A DNA stretch of 57,052 nt from an uncultured virus (IMG/VR IMGVR_UViG_3300028393_000031) (lineage: Duplodnaviria; Heunggongvirae; Uroviricota; Caudoviricetes). Within the stretch, counting starts at the first letter, position 1. Each line of letters begins with the position of its first letter. Positions 56,851 through 57,052 of the stretch are shown one piece after another. Location: IMG/VR virus record IMGVR_UViG_3300028393_000031, one strand, 5' to 3'. The position numbers and the translations under genes were made by a program. The notes under the pieces were generated by a model that was given only the letters and a program-made list of their open reading frames with translations, made no database searches and was not told where the DNA came from.

Positions 56851-57052
56851 ATGGGAACACGTTCACGCATTGGAGTCATGCACGGTGACAAGGTCAAAAG
56901 CGTTTATTGCCACTGGGATGGCTATCTCGCACACAACGGAGCAATCCTCCAAGAGCATTACGATAGTGCCCGAGCCAACAACCTCGTAGCATTAGGCGAC
57001 ATGAGTTCGTTGGGCCGGGTAATTGGTGAAGCACATCCGTTCAGCCCACACA
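56851..57052 (+). CDS. Early hypothetical phage protein (partial, YCHWDGY motif)
   Basis: MGTRSRIGVMHGDKVKSVYCHWDGYLAHNGAILQEHY..., open to the window end, SD GGAG. Confidence 0.8.
   Translation, partial: MGTRSRIGVMHGDKVKSVYCHWDGYLAHNGAILQEHYDSARANNLVALGDMSSLGRVIGEAHPFSPH

Noticed and set aside
1..57052. Stop-codon reassignment
   Set aside because: Core genes are intact in code 11, and TAA, TAG and TGA all end genes at sensible positions
1..57052. CRISPR array, tRNA or rRNA genes
   Set aside because: No regularly spaced repeats or cloverleaf/T-loop signatures seen; intergenic gaps are short

Overview
Segment of a large T4-related (myovirus/jumbo-type) phage genome in standard code 11. Product calls come from recognisable motifs and gene context; no database search was run. 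Positions 1-18 kb hold late virion-appendage genes: two tandem paralogous beta-rich proteins, then three giant fibre/adhesin genes built from glycine-rich scaffold domains and 12 LamG/concanavalin-A-like modules. Next come a four-domain glycosyltransferase with an FkbM methyltransferase, a Nudix hydrolase, neck/tail genes (gp15, gp14, gp13, gp18, gp19, gp54-like), dNMP kinase, gp4, probable gp16, candidate internal head proteins, gp17, gp32-uvsX-uvsY, a second glycosyl-/methyltransferase cluster, and small early genes behind near-consensus sigma70 promoters. The main finding is the nested architecture of the fibre locus. A 9,564-bp block flanked by in-frame AATAT repeats reads as a circularly permuted whole fibre gene, with its late promoter, integrated inside another fibre gene. 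Within it, a 678-bp LamG module flanked by in-frame CTGTTG repeats is also circularly permuted. Both fit integration of circular DNA intermediates at microhomologies as a way of diversifying adhesins (inference). Other signals: probable leaderless late mRNAs, promoters embedded in hairpins at early/late boundaries, an 18-bp palindromic operator at early promoters, an ATT start codon for the probable small terminase, and a candidate protease-processed internal polyprotein.
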